Source: Octopus bimaculoides
Taxonomy: Eukaryota
Reading direction: 5' to 3'
DNA length: 64,000 nt
NCBI RefSeq assembly: GCF_001194135.2
Contig: NC_068985.1
Location: forward strand, 68,230,194-68,294,193
This document shows positions 28,801 to 42,765 of this stretch, in pieces. The translations under genes were made by a program, and so were the position numbers. The notes beneath the pieces are model-generated. The model made no database searches. It was not told the DNA's origin and saw only the letters and a list, made by a program, of their open reading frames with translations. The stretch's first letter is position 1; each line of letters begins with the position of its first letter.

Positions 28801-29299
28801 TGAACAATGGGGAAAATGGAACCGAACTGGTCGTTATGCGCATACTAAATAATGATCACTTGATGACCAAAAGCACGAAATTATACTGAGCGATAATAAT
28901 AACAAGTAATGCTACTTTTCAAATATATTTTAATGACTATAATGTTATTTTGATATAAAGGATTGCGATTAGTGTGAAAGAACTGCTAATTAACATACAA
29001 GGTTTGATTCACATTTGAAAATCCTCTCAGGCGTTATATGTTGCATAAATAAAAAAATAGAAAACAACGACTTAAATACGCCCAAATTTTTATGATCACT
29101 TTGTTTGTTCTCTGAGAATGTATATAGCAAAAAAGATTTTGAAAAAGATATGATTTTTTACAAGGGCTGTCGCAAATGTAAAAAAAAACATCTAATTAAC
29201 TTTCACCGGGAAACGAAGATCAAATCAGCATCTGCATATCTACTGCGGAGGAGAATACCAGTCGATTCTAAAAATTAAAAGAATTTAAAAATACAAGTT

Positions 29300-29800
29300 A
29301 TATCAACGAGATAACGGCTGGGACACAGCAAATTACTCAAACTAGCCACCGTCAGCTTTCACCACGGCCTCAATATGGCTACGGAACCTGGTTCATGCGT
29401 TCCTCATTGTATCTCTGGGAAAATCTTCAAAGACCTTGATGAGGCTTAACAGCCTCGGCCAAGGAGATGCAGGAAAATAGGTTGATATTTGTCTGATTAT
29501 ATCATTTATCATATTCTACACCGAAGGCTTTGAACTGGCACTGGGTCTTTATTTCGATTATTGACCGGAGAAATTAGGAAGCCAGAAATTTGGACAAGTG
29601 AAATCCGTAGAAATCATCCACTTCTGACACATTTCAGTGGTATAACAAGAGCTGAATCCTGCTGCCACGCGTAAGGCCTTCCCGCAGCAACCCTCTCCAG
29701 CCATGGATTGACCATAGTACTCACAGCTTCACATACCCATCTAAATTGAGCATAAAGCCCTGTTCAAAGATATGGAGATGAATACTTGTGTGAAGGATAT
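29300..29800 (-). mobile_element. Tc1-like transposase 3' remnant
   Basis: TRFRSHIEAVVKADGG*FE C-terminus and CPNFWLPN (WPPNSPD-like); same type as 33771-34632. Confidence 0.75.
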
Positions 29801-30251
29801 GTAGCATCCGTTGCATCTTTTTGCCAAAATTTCAAACCGATAGCATTGCATTGAAAAGGTAACATTCATCTGTTCAATCCATTAATTCCGCATGAAAGTT
29901 ACACCTCTCAGACGATTTAATCCTTAGCTTGTACTTTGCGTTATATAACCGACCACCAGCTTATGTTGAGGAAATATAAGTGAGATTACGTCACTAGATA
30001 TATCGTATATACGTACTAGATAAAACAGCACGAGGTAAATCGCCGTCACTAATTATTACCCGAGCAAGTTGCTTGCAAAGAGAGCTCCTTAACTACACGC
30101 TCACGCATGAGTGTGTGTGTGTTTTATCGTTTTCATTATTTGGGCTGCGGGCATGCCATGGCACAGCCTCACGATTTTCATACTTTTACTATGTATTTAT
30201 ACATATATATACATTTTCATATTTTCACTATGTATTTATATACATGTTTGT

Positions 30252-30292
<41 letters not shown>

Positions 30293-30544
30293 AGTAAAAA
30301 TAAATACAAGAAAGGTGTTTTTTTTGTATGATTGTGTATAGGGGAATATATTATTTTGTTTAAAAGAGTTCCAACACTGTCTATTTTTTATGTTTTATTT
30401 ATATTCCTGTAGAACCAATGTAAGGTATAGAATATGGAATATACAATATATAATATAAAATAAAATAAAATAAAAATGGATGGCACCATGAAATAAAGTA
30501 TTGAATGTAGATGAAATATTGAGTGTTCAATATAAAGGATCAAA

Positions 30545-30589
30545 TATATGACTCGAGTTTCAGGGCTATTTCCCTTCGTCATGGCCGGT
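30545..30589 (-). ncRNA. Degenerate type I hammerhead-like motif
   Basis: Minus strand: cc-A-UGACGA-AGGG(aaauag)CCCU-GAAAC-UCGA-GUC. Stem II is perfect and loop III is palindromic, but C3 is replaced by A and stem I cannot form; adjacent to a gap. Confidence 0.45.
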
Positions 30590-30716
30590 NNNNNNNNNNN
30601 NNNNNNNNNNNNNNNNNNNNNNNNNNNNNNNNNNNNNNNNNNNNNNNNNNNNNNNNNNNNNNNNNNNNNNNNNNNNNNNNNNNNNNNNNNNNNNNNNNNN
30701 NNNNNNNNNNNNNNNN

Positions 30717-30756
<40 letters not shown>

Positions 30757-30851
30757 CAAATATGTATAGACATATATATACAGACATATATGTACACATA
30801 TATACGAATATTATATATTCATTTGTCTTTGTATATGTATGTATGTATATA

Positions 30852-30910
<59 letters not shown>

Positions 30911-31042
30911 GTATATATGTGTATATATATATATATATGTATATATGTATATATACATGTCTATATATATTTATGCATGTATATGCATGTATGTATATGC
31001 ATGCATGTATATGTATGTGTATGTATACATATATGTATAAGC

Positions 31043-31094
<52 letters not shown>

Positions 31095-31999
31095 NNNNNN
31101 NNNNNNNNNNNNNNNNNNNNNNNNNNNNNNNNNNNNNNNNNNNNNNNNNNNNNNNNNNNNNNNNNNNNNNNNNNNNNNNNNNNNNNNNNNNNNNNNNNNN
31201 NNNNNNNNNNNNNNNNNNNNNNNNNNNNNNNNNNNNNNNNNNNNNNNNNNNNNNNNNNNNNNNNNNNNNNNNNNNNNNNNNNNNNNNNNNNNNNNNNNNN
31301 NNNNNNNNNNNNNNNNNNNNNNNNNNNNNNNNNNNNNNNNNNNNNNNNNNNNNNNNNNNNNNNNNNNNNNNNNNNNNNNNNNNNNNNNNNNNNNNNNNNN
31401 NNNNNNNNNNNNNNNNNNNNNNNNNNNNNNNNNNNNNNNNNNNNNNNNNNNNNNNNNNNNNNNNNNNNNNNNNNNNNNNNNNNNNNNNNNNNNNNNNNNN
31501 NNNNNNNNNNNNNNNNNNNNNNNNNNNNNNNNNNNNNNNNNNNNNNNNNNNNNNNNNNNNNNNNNNNNNNNNNNNNNNNNNNNNNNNNNNNNNNNNNNNN
31601 NNNNNNNNNNNNNNNNNNNNNNNNNNNNNNNNNNNNNNNNNNNNNNNNNNNNNNNNNNNNNNNNNNNNNNNNNNNNNNNNNNNNNNNNNNNNNNNNNNNN
31701 NNNNNNNNNNNNNNNNNNNNNNNNNNNNNNNNNNNNNNNNNNNNNNNNNNNNNNNNNNNNNNNNNNNNNNNNNNNNNNNNNNNNNNNNNNNNNNNNNNNN
31801 NNNNNNNNNNNNNNNNNNNNNNNNNNNNNNNNNNNNNNNNNNNNNNNNNNNNNNNNNNNNNNNNNNNNNNNNNNNNNNNNNNNNNNNNNNNNNNNNNNNN
31901 NNNNNNNNNNNNNNNNNNNNNNNNNNNNNNNNNNNNNNNNNNNNNNNNNNNNNNNNNNNNNNNNNNNNNNNNNNNNNNNNNNNNNNNNNNNNNNNNNNN

Positions 32000-32039
<40 letters not shown>

Positions 32040-32981
32040 CATAGTTAGGTTATATTGTAGTAAGTACGTAGTAGAGTACAGTGAAAGCTCGTCCACCTTC
32101 AGATTACACCCGGTGCTATCCAGTAGCAGAATGATACCTACTGCCAGATTTGCACTGAATCTTCTGTAGTGTGTGTACCGATAATTGACTCCAAATTGTT
32201 CAAATATATACACACACACAACCATATGTGTCTGTCTGTCTGTCTGTATGTATGTATGTATGTATGTATGTATGTGTTTGTATATGAGTGTGTGTGAACA
32301 TTATTGTAGACTTTAAAGAAAGTGTCACTAATAATTTCTTGCATACGCTTCCATACTGGCTTCGGAGAGGAATACTGGGAATCTCTTTGTCTAGGTATCC
32401 TTACTGATCTACCGACTTAACCTCAAAATCAATAGTTTATCGTACTTGTGTCGGTGTCATCCAGTAAATATATTACCAGCTTCCCCCTAGTTCGCTGCGC
32501 CTATGACCAGTACATTCATCGTTCCGATGATGACTGGCATTGTTGCCTACCAGCACTTAAATTGCTGCCAACACAGTTTCCACCACTGCTGTTGTTATGA
32601 TGCGCAGCGTTGCTGCTGACAGCAAGTCAACGACTACTACAAGGTCATACACCGATATATACAACGACATTCACCATCATCGCCAGTTACGCCTATGCTG
32701 ACAATACCTATCACCGACTACTACCACAGCATTAACTACCATCGATAACCACCCTTACTACCACTGCTGCCAACCTTCCGCTTCCCTCAGTGTGAGGCAC
32801 CAGGAAGCACCGGACTAAAACTGGGTCACTGCCCATCCGGCTATCCAATAAGGCAGGATATACGTTGTCACACATTTGTTTCACTGTATCCTTCTGAAGT
32901 TAGGTTTATGCGTATGTGCGCATTTACGCATGCGCGCGCGCACACACTCACACACACACCAATATGTATATATGATTATAA

Positions 32982-33017
<36 letters not shown>

Positions 33018-33143
33018 GTATGTATGTATACTAAATGCAACTAGGATGTTGGAAACGCCTACATTGCTGGAAATAAGAGTTAAAGTTGTCTAGCACCTAA
33101 TTCTAGACATATACACAATTATGTGCTTTGACTACAAGAGATC

Positions 33144-33755
33144 ATTTTAACTCTTATTTCTACCAATGCAGTCGCCTCTAGTGATAATTATAATTTTAAA
33201 CCTAGGCGCCGTAAGAGGCACAGAGGAGAATTAAGATGGTCTGCTTCAAAATTCGAAATCACCGATTTTCTGGTTATATCCGCTTGGACGTTTATCTCCC
33301 TTGTCAGTCATTAAGATAGTACCTCTGCTGCAATTGAATTGTTTTGACTATTATTTCTAGCAATGCTGTTACTACTAATTACTCTCTGTCACTCTAGTGA
33401 CGTCTATAAATTTGACTTTAGGTTGTTAAATTACTAAGCCACCAATATTATTTGTAGTTTTCAGTTTTACCATTTATCAAATCAGTCTATGAGCTCAACG
33501 GATTTTTATAATCCCACAGGGTGAGTCAAGTTTAGCCCTAGGCGCGGTAAGAGCCTCCGATGTGAATAAAAATGCTCTGCAGCAAAATTCCAAATCACTG
33601 GTCATTGAGATAATTCTTCTGTGACTATTGAATTGTTTTGACTCTTATTTCTAGCAATGCTGGCACCAATTAGTACCCTTTGTCACTTTAGTGTCACTTT
33701 AGTGACGTCTATAAATTTGCCTTCAGGTTGTTAAATTGCTAATAAGCCACGCATA
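33144..33755. repeat. Tandemly duplicated ~240-bp unit of a dispersed repeat
   Basis: CCTAGGCGC.GTAAGAG...TTGAATTGTTTTGACT.TTATTTCTAGCAATGCTG...AGTGACGTCTATAAATTTG occurs twice (about 33200-33445 and 33537-33755); inverted relative at about 51985-52085. Confidence 0.75.
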
Positions 33756-33770
33756 TTATCCATATATATA

Positions 33771-34632
33771 CGGTGCGTTGAATAAACTGTCATCTGAATT
33801 ACGCAAAAATGAAACTAATACTGACATCTCATTTTAGCAGATACATTTAGCAAAATAACTTAAATGCATCTTGATACACTAAAGAGTAAATTTATTCCAT
33901 AAAATTGCCATTAGCTTCAACAGCGGCCTCCAGATAACTTCAAAATCTCCTGCAAATCTTTTGGGCGGTCTCCTTGTTTAATTTGGTGAATGCGGCCATA
34001 ATCCTTGCTTTTACTTCATCTTTGGTGTTACAAGGAGTTTTGTTGGTCTCTCGCTGAACTGCGCCCCACCAATAATAATCAAGGGGTTTACATAGTGGAG
34101 AGTTAGGTGGCCAGATGTTAGGGGTGATGTAGTAGAAGAAATTGTTTCTCAGCCATGATTGTGGACTCCTGCTTATATGGCATAGTGCAGAATCTTGTTG
34201 CCGGGCATAAGATATTCCAGGAGCCACCCTCTTGACCCAGGTAACACTACCTCCTCCAGGCACTTGGTGTAGGCCGCCGTGTTGTGTCTGAGGCCATATA
34301 GGAAGGTGAACGGAGGCATAACTCCACCATCACTAGTGATCACTCCAAGCACCATGATGGTGAAGGGATTTTTGATTTGTATCACTCTCGGTACGTGATT
34401 TGGAGACACGGCAAGCCAACAGATTGACACCCAAACACTCTGAAATATTCATACCGGAGATTCCGGTGCGAATGCCAAGCAGTACAACATGTTGTATTCA
34501 CATTTCCGGCAGTGTGAATTGGGTCATGGTGCTGTTTATTTTTCACAGACGGTGCCCATCTGACTCTACTATACTGTGTAGTTGACAAAATGAAAAATAA
34601 TGTGCGAAATTAAAACCATAAGATGGTGACAA
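33771..34632 (-). mobile_element. Internally deleted Tc1-like DNA transposon
   Basis: QQDSALCH, ITPNIWPPNSPLCKPLDYYWWGAV and CNTKDEVKARIMAAF motifs; both ends flanked by TA. Confidence 0.88.
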
Positions 34633-36989
34633 TATATATATATATATATAAAGGGAAAGTTATCGTTATCGTATCTAATCCGCCAATACCATATCTCACT
34701 TAAATGCAAAGTTGACTTTCAAGAAGAACATAAGATCTTTAACACCGCTGTATGAAGCGATCAACACTAAGTTCAAATCCACCACTCAGTACATTCACAT
34801 TGATCTGTCTAAGAATTTGAAAGCTTATAAAAAACGTTAGACAAATAGCTAAGACAATATATATGTCCAGTATGGGTGCAGATATGACTATGACGTTATA
34901 AAGTTTGTTTCACAACAATGTAGTTCTGGTCAGAGCCCACTTCTCAGTAACTCATTTACACTTTACAAACACGTTTTGAGCAAATGTTCTGTGACTGTAC
35001 AGAATCCTGTCATCAAATGAAGTAAATACTTCCTAACCCTTAGAAACTTGTAATCACAAAGACTCTATTGTTCTGAATTTTGATTAGAAATTATAAAATA
35101 TCATAATATATATTGATTTCACATATTTCTTGCTATTTCCATTACAGTTATCGTGAAGTAATTTAAATTATTCAAAAGAAAGTACTAAATTATCAAAATA
35201 TCTTATAAAATATTCGTTTACGGAATAAATAACACCTATTCTATAAATTTTGTTTTAAACATAAATATAACGTTTTAAAGGTTGTCATCCTCTCTTCAGA
35301 TTTTTAAATTTTATTAATGAATAAATAACAGAGCGAGTACGTTGCAAAAGCCAAATGACATCTCATAAAATATGCAACTAAATCAATAATCGATACCAAC
35401 CGTTAAATAAGTATATTAAATTAGAGCAAAATAGTTGGACATACAAATGGCAGTTTTCGCAAAGCAAAAAGAAAATATCTATCAAATACCAACAAATATA
35501 GATTTCAAAGTGGTTACGTAGGAAGGGAGTTACTGATGCCTGGAGTGTGATATCTCAATTTACACAGTTTAGATCTTCTTACCAATAAGGCTGTTTGTCA
35601 GAAAATACTCCAAAATTATCATTCTTTCTAGTTATGTTTTAAGAAAATAGACTACGTGTATGACTCTACGACTTAATAACATTTCATTGTTCTACGATCA
35701 AATGAGTGATAGGTATTGCTTGAAAAGATTTTGACAGTATCATTGTATCTGGGTAGTAGTTTCTATTAAATTTAGATAATATTGATTACTAAAATATGAG
35801 ATAAAATATTTTCGCTCTTAAATCATAAAAATACAAATAATTCTATATCACATGAAAACCAACCGCTCTTAGACTTAGATACGTTTCTGTCTTTCATTCA
35901 GTCTCTTATCTTTAACTATTTTCCGGTTCTCCCGTTAATTTAATATTTGGATCACAACTAGAAGTTTGTTATCCCTTCGCCAATCCCACAAGGGAGATAA
36001 ATTGTTTATATTCTCGTTAAAAATGTCGATTTTCTCAAATTACCGCTGTGACACTTCACCACAAATTAATCATCATTTTCTCTCTTTCTCTCCCCCTCTC
36101 TCTCTCTACTTTTTAATCCCCTCTCTTCCTTTCTCAGTTATCTATCTCTACTTGTATATATTTCTATATATCAGCCCTTCTCTTATTCTGTGCTTGGCTG
36201 TCTCTGTTATTCTCTCTCTTCTAATATTTACAATATTGTATCTTTCTTTTGAGGTGTCTATAACTTTCTCATATTTTTCTTCATTACTTTGTTTTCAACA
36301 GTTTCTGCTCATTTTAGAAATGCGCATTTTACTTCTATGTAAACTAACATTACAGTACCATAGTTTAGTAGATTTTAAACTAGTTCTAAAATAGCTTATT
36401 TTGAAGTTTACCCAATGAAGAATCAATGGACTTTGCTGAAGAAAAGGTAAGTTGTGTGCGCAAACGCAATATAACGCTCCCGAAGTTCTCAATTAAATTC
36501 CAGAGTAAGTTTAGAAAATTTTTTAACACTATCACCGAAAATGTCCTCTGCTATAGCAAATACCATATTGTTCTATACAAACGCACAGTGAAACACTCAT
36601 TTACATATATACTGAGATAAGAAATAGTAGTGTAAAAGAAATCAAATATTTGGTTAGTAATTATGTTATCGGAGTAGGAACGCTGAAAGTTATTGCTGAA
36701 TCCTACGAGATACAAACTTACAAGTAAGTACTATATGTTATTTCATTCTACTTGTGTATGAAAGATCTCTGAGTAAGAATAAAATAAATTTTCTTGTGAT
36801 GAAATAAGTCTACTTCATTAATTTAATGCGCAAATTACAAATGTGCGATTAGTTCTTAAGTGATTAATTTAACCACATTACTTGAAAATGATTAATTTCA
36901 TACTAAAATCAAAGCAAATATATAAGTCATGGGTGAGTCATTGGTACTGCGACTCCAGATTCATAACGTTCATTTTTTTTCTGTTCAAT

Positions 36990-37560
36990 ACTGATTTGTC
37001 ATTTATCAGTGCACCATTTAGGCTGCTTTCGTTTTTCGTTTTCATAGTTTATCTTGTGAATAAATCTAAAGGACCCAAGATATACTTCTTCACCGATGAC
37101 GCCATGCTATTTGCAGCTGTAGACTAACGTCGTTATGTGAAATCTCAATCGGTTGTCTAAACAGATATATCAGTAAATAGAGACGTTGGAGTAGTTGAAG
37201 GTAACATTTCAGTCATCAAATCTTAGATGTATCATGGAAAAAATATGTACGAACCCTCATTTTCGCTTTGGGGAATGAATTCTGTATATGAAAATCTGAA
37301 ATCTTTGTACTAAAATGCAAAACAACCTGGTGTCAACTAAAGTTTACTCTTATAGAAGTGTGTTAGTTTGGAAATCATCGAACGCTGCACAAAATCGCAA
37401 ACAGACTCCATATCTAAAGAAGTATGGTTCTTTACAAGACATAAATCTGAAGCTTCACGAACTCTCCTTACTCCCTGCAAGTATGTTTCACGTATGATTA
37501 CTTAGTCTAAAACGCTTCCTAGATCATTGTGGTTCACCGAGCTGTTGGAGATTCCTACAA
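36990..37560 (+). mobile_element. Possible CR1/L2-like RT remnant
   Basis: LLSFFVFIVYLV...KIYFFTDDAMLF resembles 'PLLFLIYINDL...FADD..L'. Confidence 0.45.
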
Positions 37561-38535
37561 TAATAAGTATCTACTAAATAAACAGTACCTACAGATTATC
37601 TGAAGTGAAAGTTTTTCGATATTAAGAACAGGTTGCACGAACTGGACGAGTGCGTAGATATTTGCATTCGGCTTTTAGGCGTCTTACTGTATACAAATGT
37701 GTGCACTCGACTTTCAGTATAACGAAGAAACATATGGAAACTGCTAATATCCCTCAACTTTTAGTATTTAAACTTTTAATTATGATGATACAAATTTGTG
37801 AACACCTCTTACTCAGAGAATATATTTCGTCTTGCAACATGTTAGTGAAATTGTGTGACAAATTTGTGCAACTTGAAACATTTCCCCTCTTCACCTTTGT
37901 ACAATGCATACATTTATGAGTGTGAGGTTGTAAAAATATGATTTCCAATTGTTTTGAATGGGTGTTTTACGAAACATTTCAGTGCAATGTAGGGCTAATG
38001 CGATCTTATTTCGGTGTTGAGAATGTTTCGCAAAAGTTTGCATCGTTTGAAATAATTTCTTGTGAAGCTACTCTCTGTATATTTCTACTGTTCGTAGCTG
38101 AAAAAATAAAAAAAACTGTAACTTCAAAAAAGAAAAAGAAATAAGGTTATGGTAATGATAACTAAATTATTACTAATAATCGTTTCCGAACCATTAGTGC
38201 ACAATTGAGATGGTAGGAAGTTTACAACTGTACTACTGTAGCTACTCATCACTTCGGTTATTCATCTGTTTGTATATATTTTCTACAAGAAAAAAAAACA
38301 CAGCATAAACGTCGTAGTATTGCCTAATTATGATATGAAATTAATACATCTACTTCATATGTTAACAGAAAATAAAATTGTCATAACTCATCTCAGTTAA
38401 TAAGATATCTGCCATTTGTCTGAAATAGTAGGTTAGCGTTTTGTTGCTCAGTAACATTGAGAATTGGAATGTTTCTCCATTCTATTATAATCTAAAGTTC
38501 TGGCTTCTTCGCAAGCACACCTATACACCTCACAG

Positions 38536-38572
<37 letters not shown>

Positions 38573-39271
38573 CACACACACACACACACACACAGAGTAT
38601 CACACACACGTGTACACAAATACACACACACGTGTACACAAATACACACACCTTCATACAAATACACCACACGAATATAATATACGCCCCAAACATGCAT
38701 ATATATAAAACTTCAATAAAGCTATTTAACAAAATTGATCATTTGGGATTATTAATAAATTTCACCATGCCTTGTTCCAAACACATTTGGCTCCAGTTTA
38801 GCCAAATGACGTTCTGTGCATAATTCAGAGCGAGCATAAAAATACTTTAGAGACATTAAAGTATGTTTTGTATTAAAACTATATTCCCACATTCTATTGA
38901 AAAACCAAGTTAATCCAAATTGTAGTTTAGGGCGTAGAAGTTACCAGCAAATTTTCCTTTAAATATCCAGGGGATAATATCTGCATAATATTTTGGTACA
39001 TGACCATTTCTGATAGTAATTACTATAAAACTGATCTGTTATTTCTGTGCTGCCTTTATATTCCGCTTTCTTACATGAAGAAAAATAGTTATTAAAATGT
39101 GGGAAGGAAAAGTTGTTCGAATCTCTTTCAGTTTTACATTTTATTTCTAATATAATTAGACGTTGACATGTGGTTTGCATCGTTCAAATCATAAAATAGC
39201 ATGCGAATATCCATAGAAAATTCACTTAACTTATAGTGTCGTCCAGGAAACTGTAGGTTTGAGGTTTTTCC

Positions 39272-39327
39272 ATCTTTGATTTGCGATCTTTGATTTGCCA
39301 TCTTTGATTTGCCATCTTTGATTTGCC
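39272..39327. repeat. 14-bp tandem repeat x4 (ATCTTTGATTTGCC)
   Basis: Four contiguous copies with one substitution. Confidence 0.95.
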
Positions 39328-39849
39328 ACCGAAAGCAAGTTGATTTATGTAACGCATAAGTACAGATGTAAAATGAATTTGTATTGCGCAGCTGAACAAC
39401 TGTTGTAGGTAATCACCAAAAAGGACGTTGTGGAGTACTGGTAAACCAACAGAATGAGTAACAGAACAAAAATCAATTGGAAAGTGAGTACTTTTTCCTA
39501 GTTAATATTTGTGTGTCAAATTAATGTAAAATATTATTCTGTAAGACTAGCTTCGTATACATACATACATACATACATACATACATACATACATACATAC
39601 ATACATACACACACACATAATTATTTGTAAGAGATTCTAAGTCTGTTTAACGCAGTTTCAATGTAAAACGTCTCAAACTCTGTAAAAGATAGCTTTACAT
39701 AAGATCAGGTTGAGAGTTGCTGGAGATCTGTAGAAGAAAAAAATGAATTCAACAAACAAGCTGTATTGCTGAAAGAACTGAAACAAGATTACTGTCTGTC
39801 TGTCTGTCGTGCAAAAGCAATATAAAATATACGGCGAAATACAGAAAAT

Positions 39850-40300
39850 GTCTACAAGAAAATTTCGAGGCCAAACCTCGTAGCAGTAGAATTTCACCTT
39901 TTATCTGAGAGAACTCATACGGCTCCATGGCGAAAGTATGAAGGGCAAAGAAAGCACGCAAATTGTTATCAACTGCAACGACTCTTCTCATACCCCAAAA
40001 AAGCCAAACCATACTTGCTAAAAAGTATTGTACAATCGCCTCCCAGCGTATCACGTCCAAATTATACACTGGGCACCTCAATCTGTTCTTGCAGGATCAT
40101 TGTGCCTACAAAAACATTATAACACCTCAGCAAGCTGGAGGAAAAAAAGTGTAGGGCTGTATACAGCAGCTACTAATTAACAAAATGATTCAGGGAAAAC
40201 AGTACAAAATTGCAGGATAATTATTTTCAAAACCTAGAATCATTATGAGATTTTATAAAAACTCCATGAGATAACTTTCGAGGATTTCTAAGCTTTATTT
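39850..40300 (+). mobile_element. Possible RTE RT N-terminal remnant
   Basis: KVLYNRL...HLNLFLQDHCA...LSKLEEKKCR...LTK resembles 'ILLNRL...PESQCGF...QLQEKC...DLTKAFD'. Confidence 0.4.
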
Positions 40301-40549
40301 CTTTTTGCCTGTCTTGAAGCCAAAAATGTTGGTAGACGGACGTGAAGTAATTTTCTTTGCTTTTCTTTTTCTTTTTGGGAAGGTTAGGAATTTCATACTG
40401 GATCATTAATCAATAATTTTGGAAGAATTATAATTACAACGTCTACCAGAAGACAAATGGTTTTTTTTTTTTTTTACCAAGGATATGCACAAGTATCTTA
40501 ATGCACGAATCTTTGAATGAAGAACATGTTGCCTAACAAAAGGTGAAAT

Positions 40550-41010
40550 TCGAAATATAGTGCTGCAGTTGGTGAAGACAACATCTTTTCTTATTACATA
40601 CTACGAAATGTTCAAGCTAGACCACATATTGCATTCTCATTCTATTCTGACTTCCCGACCTTGAGATAAATGAGATTTCTGAAATTTCTCACAAACAATG
40701 GTTCTTCTATTGAATGAAAAGTTGGGACATACACAGACATGAAAGCTACTTAACACTACAACTCGGGCAGAGCTTAATGATGTGTTCACCCATGTTGAAT
40801 AGCAACTCATCTATCGTATCATAGCATTTTCTGATCACAAAACCTACACCTTCGTCTCTCTTTTCATGTGCTGCTCAGTAAACTCAAGAATACTATAGCC
40901 ATAGGACATTTAATTTTGCTAATATCCCTCTAGAAGTCGGGTCTCAGAAAGGGCGGCAATTTTGATCTCTTAACAGTCGACTTCCGATGCAAAAAGGGAA
41001 GGATAGTGTT
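40550..41010 (-). mobile_element. RTE endonuclease remnant
   Basis: IKIAALSETRL and FMSVYVPT motifs. Confidence 0.65.
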
Positions 41011-41823
41011 CCAGCCTCATGGATTTATCTATCATTCGACAGGGCCCACAAAAAATTCCAGTACCACACCAGAAAATTGTCCTTTATTTCCTTATTTACA
41101 AATTAAGGTGTGTTGCTCCTTGTTTTAGACATCTTTTCTTCTTCTTTCTCAGAAAATGGATAAGCATAATTCCCTTAAAGTCATTGCTCAGCAACATGCA
41201 ATACAATCCCATTCTGCTAACTCCAAAAATAATTCCCTTGCTACTTAATGTTTCCAACTCCATAATTCTACATATTATGCCACGAACCTATATCTAGTGC
41301 GTCTTTTTCCTCAGAAAATTCAAATTCGATTTGATGAGTACTAATATGAGAAGTAAATGTACAGCGATGCTCGGAGGAAGTGCTTCATTTTGTAGAAGTT
41401 ATAGTGATACAAATACCACTCTTCTAAAAATCATCTAAGATTTCTAAAAAATCATCTTCATTGTTTCTGAGACTACCAAAGATTGGGATCAATGATAAAC
41501 TCATGAAATGGAGGGCTTATATTAGTGTCCACGACCTAATCTTCTCCAAACTGCATGGTAAACCACAAGACAGTGGAAGCTAAAATTTTCAAAATCTAAA
41601 TTTCTGATGAATTTTCTGCTTACAAGTAGGTGTACATTTCTCTCAAATAGTTTTAGAAACCTTTGTTCAGCAACTCAAGTTTCCACGCTTTATTGCTTGA
41701 CAGTCGTTGAGGATATATTCGTTTTCTCATTCACACTCCGCTGTTCATTTGGCGAGTCAGTTTAGACACTGATGATTCAAACGTTATGCAATTGGATTAA
41801 ACATAAAAAAGTACATTCATGAC

Positions 41824-41865
<42 letters not shown>

Positions 41866-42725
41866 ATACACACACAAGCAGCACGCACACACACACGCAC
41901 ACATACACACACACGCGCGCGCGTGCGTTTATATGTTTATATATTTATACATACAGACATACATGTTTATATATGTATATAGCCAATCATATGTGTGGAT
42001 GGATGTGTGCATGAATGAGAAATCTTTATAATCATTACACTATATACCCAATATAATAATAGTGGGTGTTTTATTGATTAGGACAGCTAAAATATTTAAA
42101 CAACAGGTTAAAATGATCTCTCATTACCCTGCAAATATTTAGTGAGGAAAAAGGATCGGATTGCGAATAAGAACCTTTCCCTAGCGACGCCGTTGTATTG
42201 AAGAAAGAAAATGCCAAAAAATATTGAGCGACGTATTATATAAGGAAGCTCAAACCTAGTGAGACTTTCATATACATAACAAATGCAAAATAGAATGAAG
42301 TTCCCAATTTATAGAAGATTAATGTGATGTAAAGATTCCCATGCATGCACTCTGCTAAATCATGCAGAATTCTCATTAAAGAAGCACACCATTATAACAC
42401 AAGAAAAAGGAAGTCAGAGATATTAATGAAAATTCTTAGTCAGGAACGAAAATTGGATATTAAATTATTTGAATGAACATACGACTCTACTAAAATACCT
42501 CGAAAGATAGTGTTACGAGAGCTTTTAAATTTGGGATTGCATTGATATATATATATCTATATCTATATATATANNNNNNNNNNNNNNNNNNNNNNNNNNN
42601 NNNNTACCCATACATATATATATATATGTATGTATGTATGTATGAATTATGTATGTATATATGTGTGTATGTGAGTGTGTGTGTGCCTATATGTATATAT
42701 GTATGGGTATATATATATATATGTA

Positions 42726-42765
<40 letters not shown>

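Noticed and set aside
30523-32225. Long ORFs (400-550 aa) in the ORF track, here and at other gaps
   Set aside because: Made of N runs and YI, CV or HT dinucleotide-repeat translations.
32500-32790. Thr/His-rich coding region
   Set aside because: Cryptic (ACC/ACT)n low-complexity sequence with no open frame bounded by splice signals.
37750-37950. C2H2 zinc-finger remnant on the minus strand (HKCMHC)
   Set aside because: Only a CxxC motif is present, without the His pair spacing or TGEKP linker.
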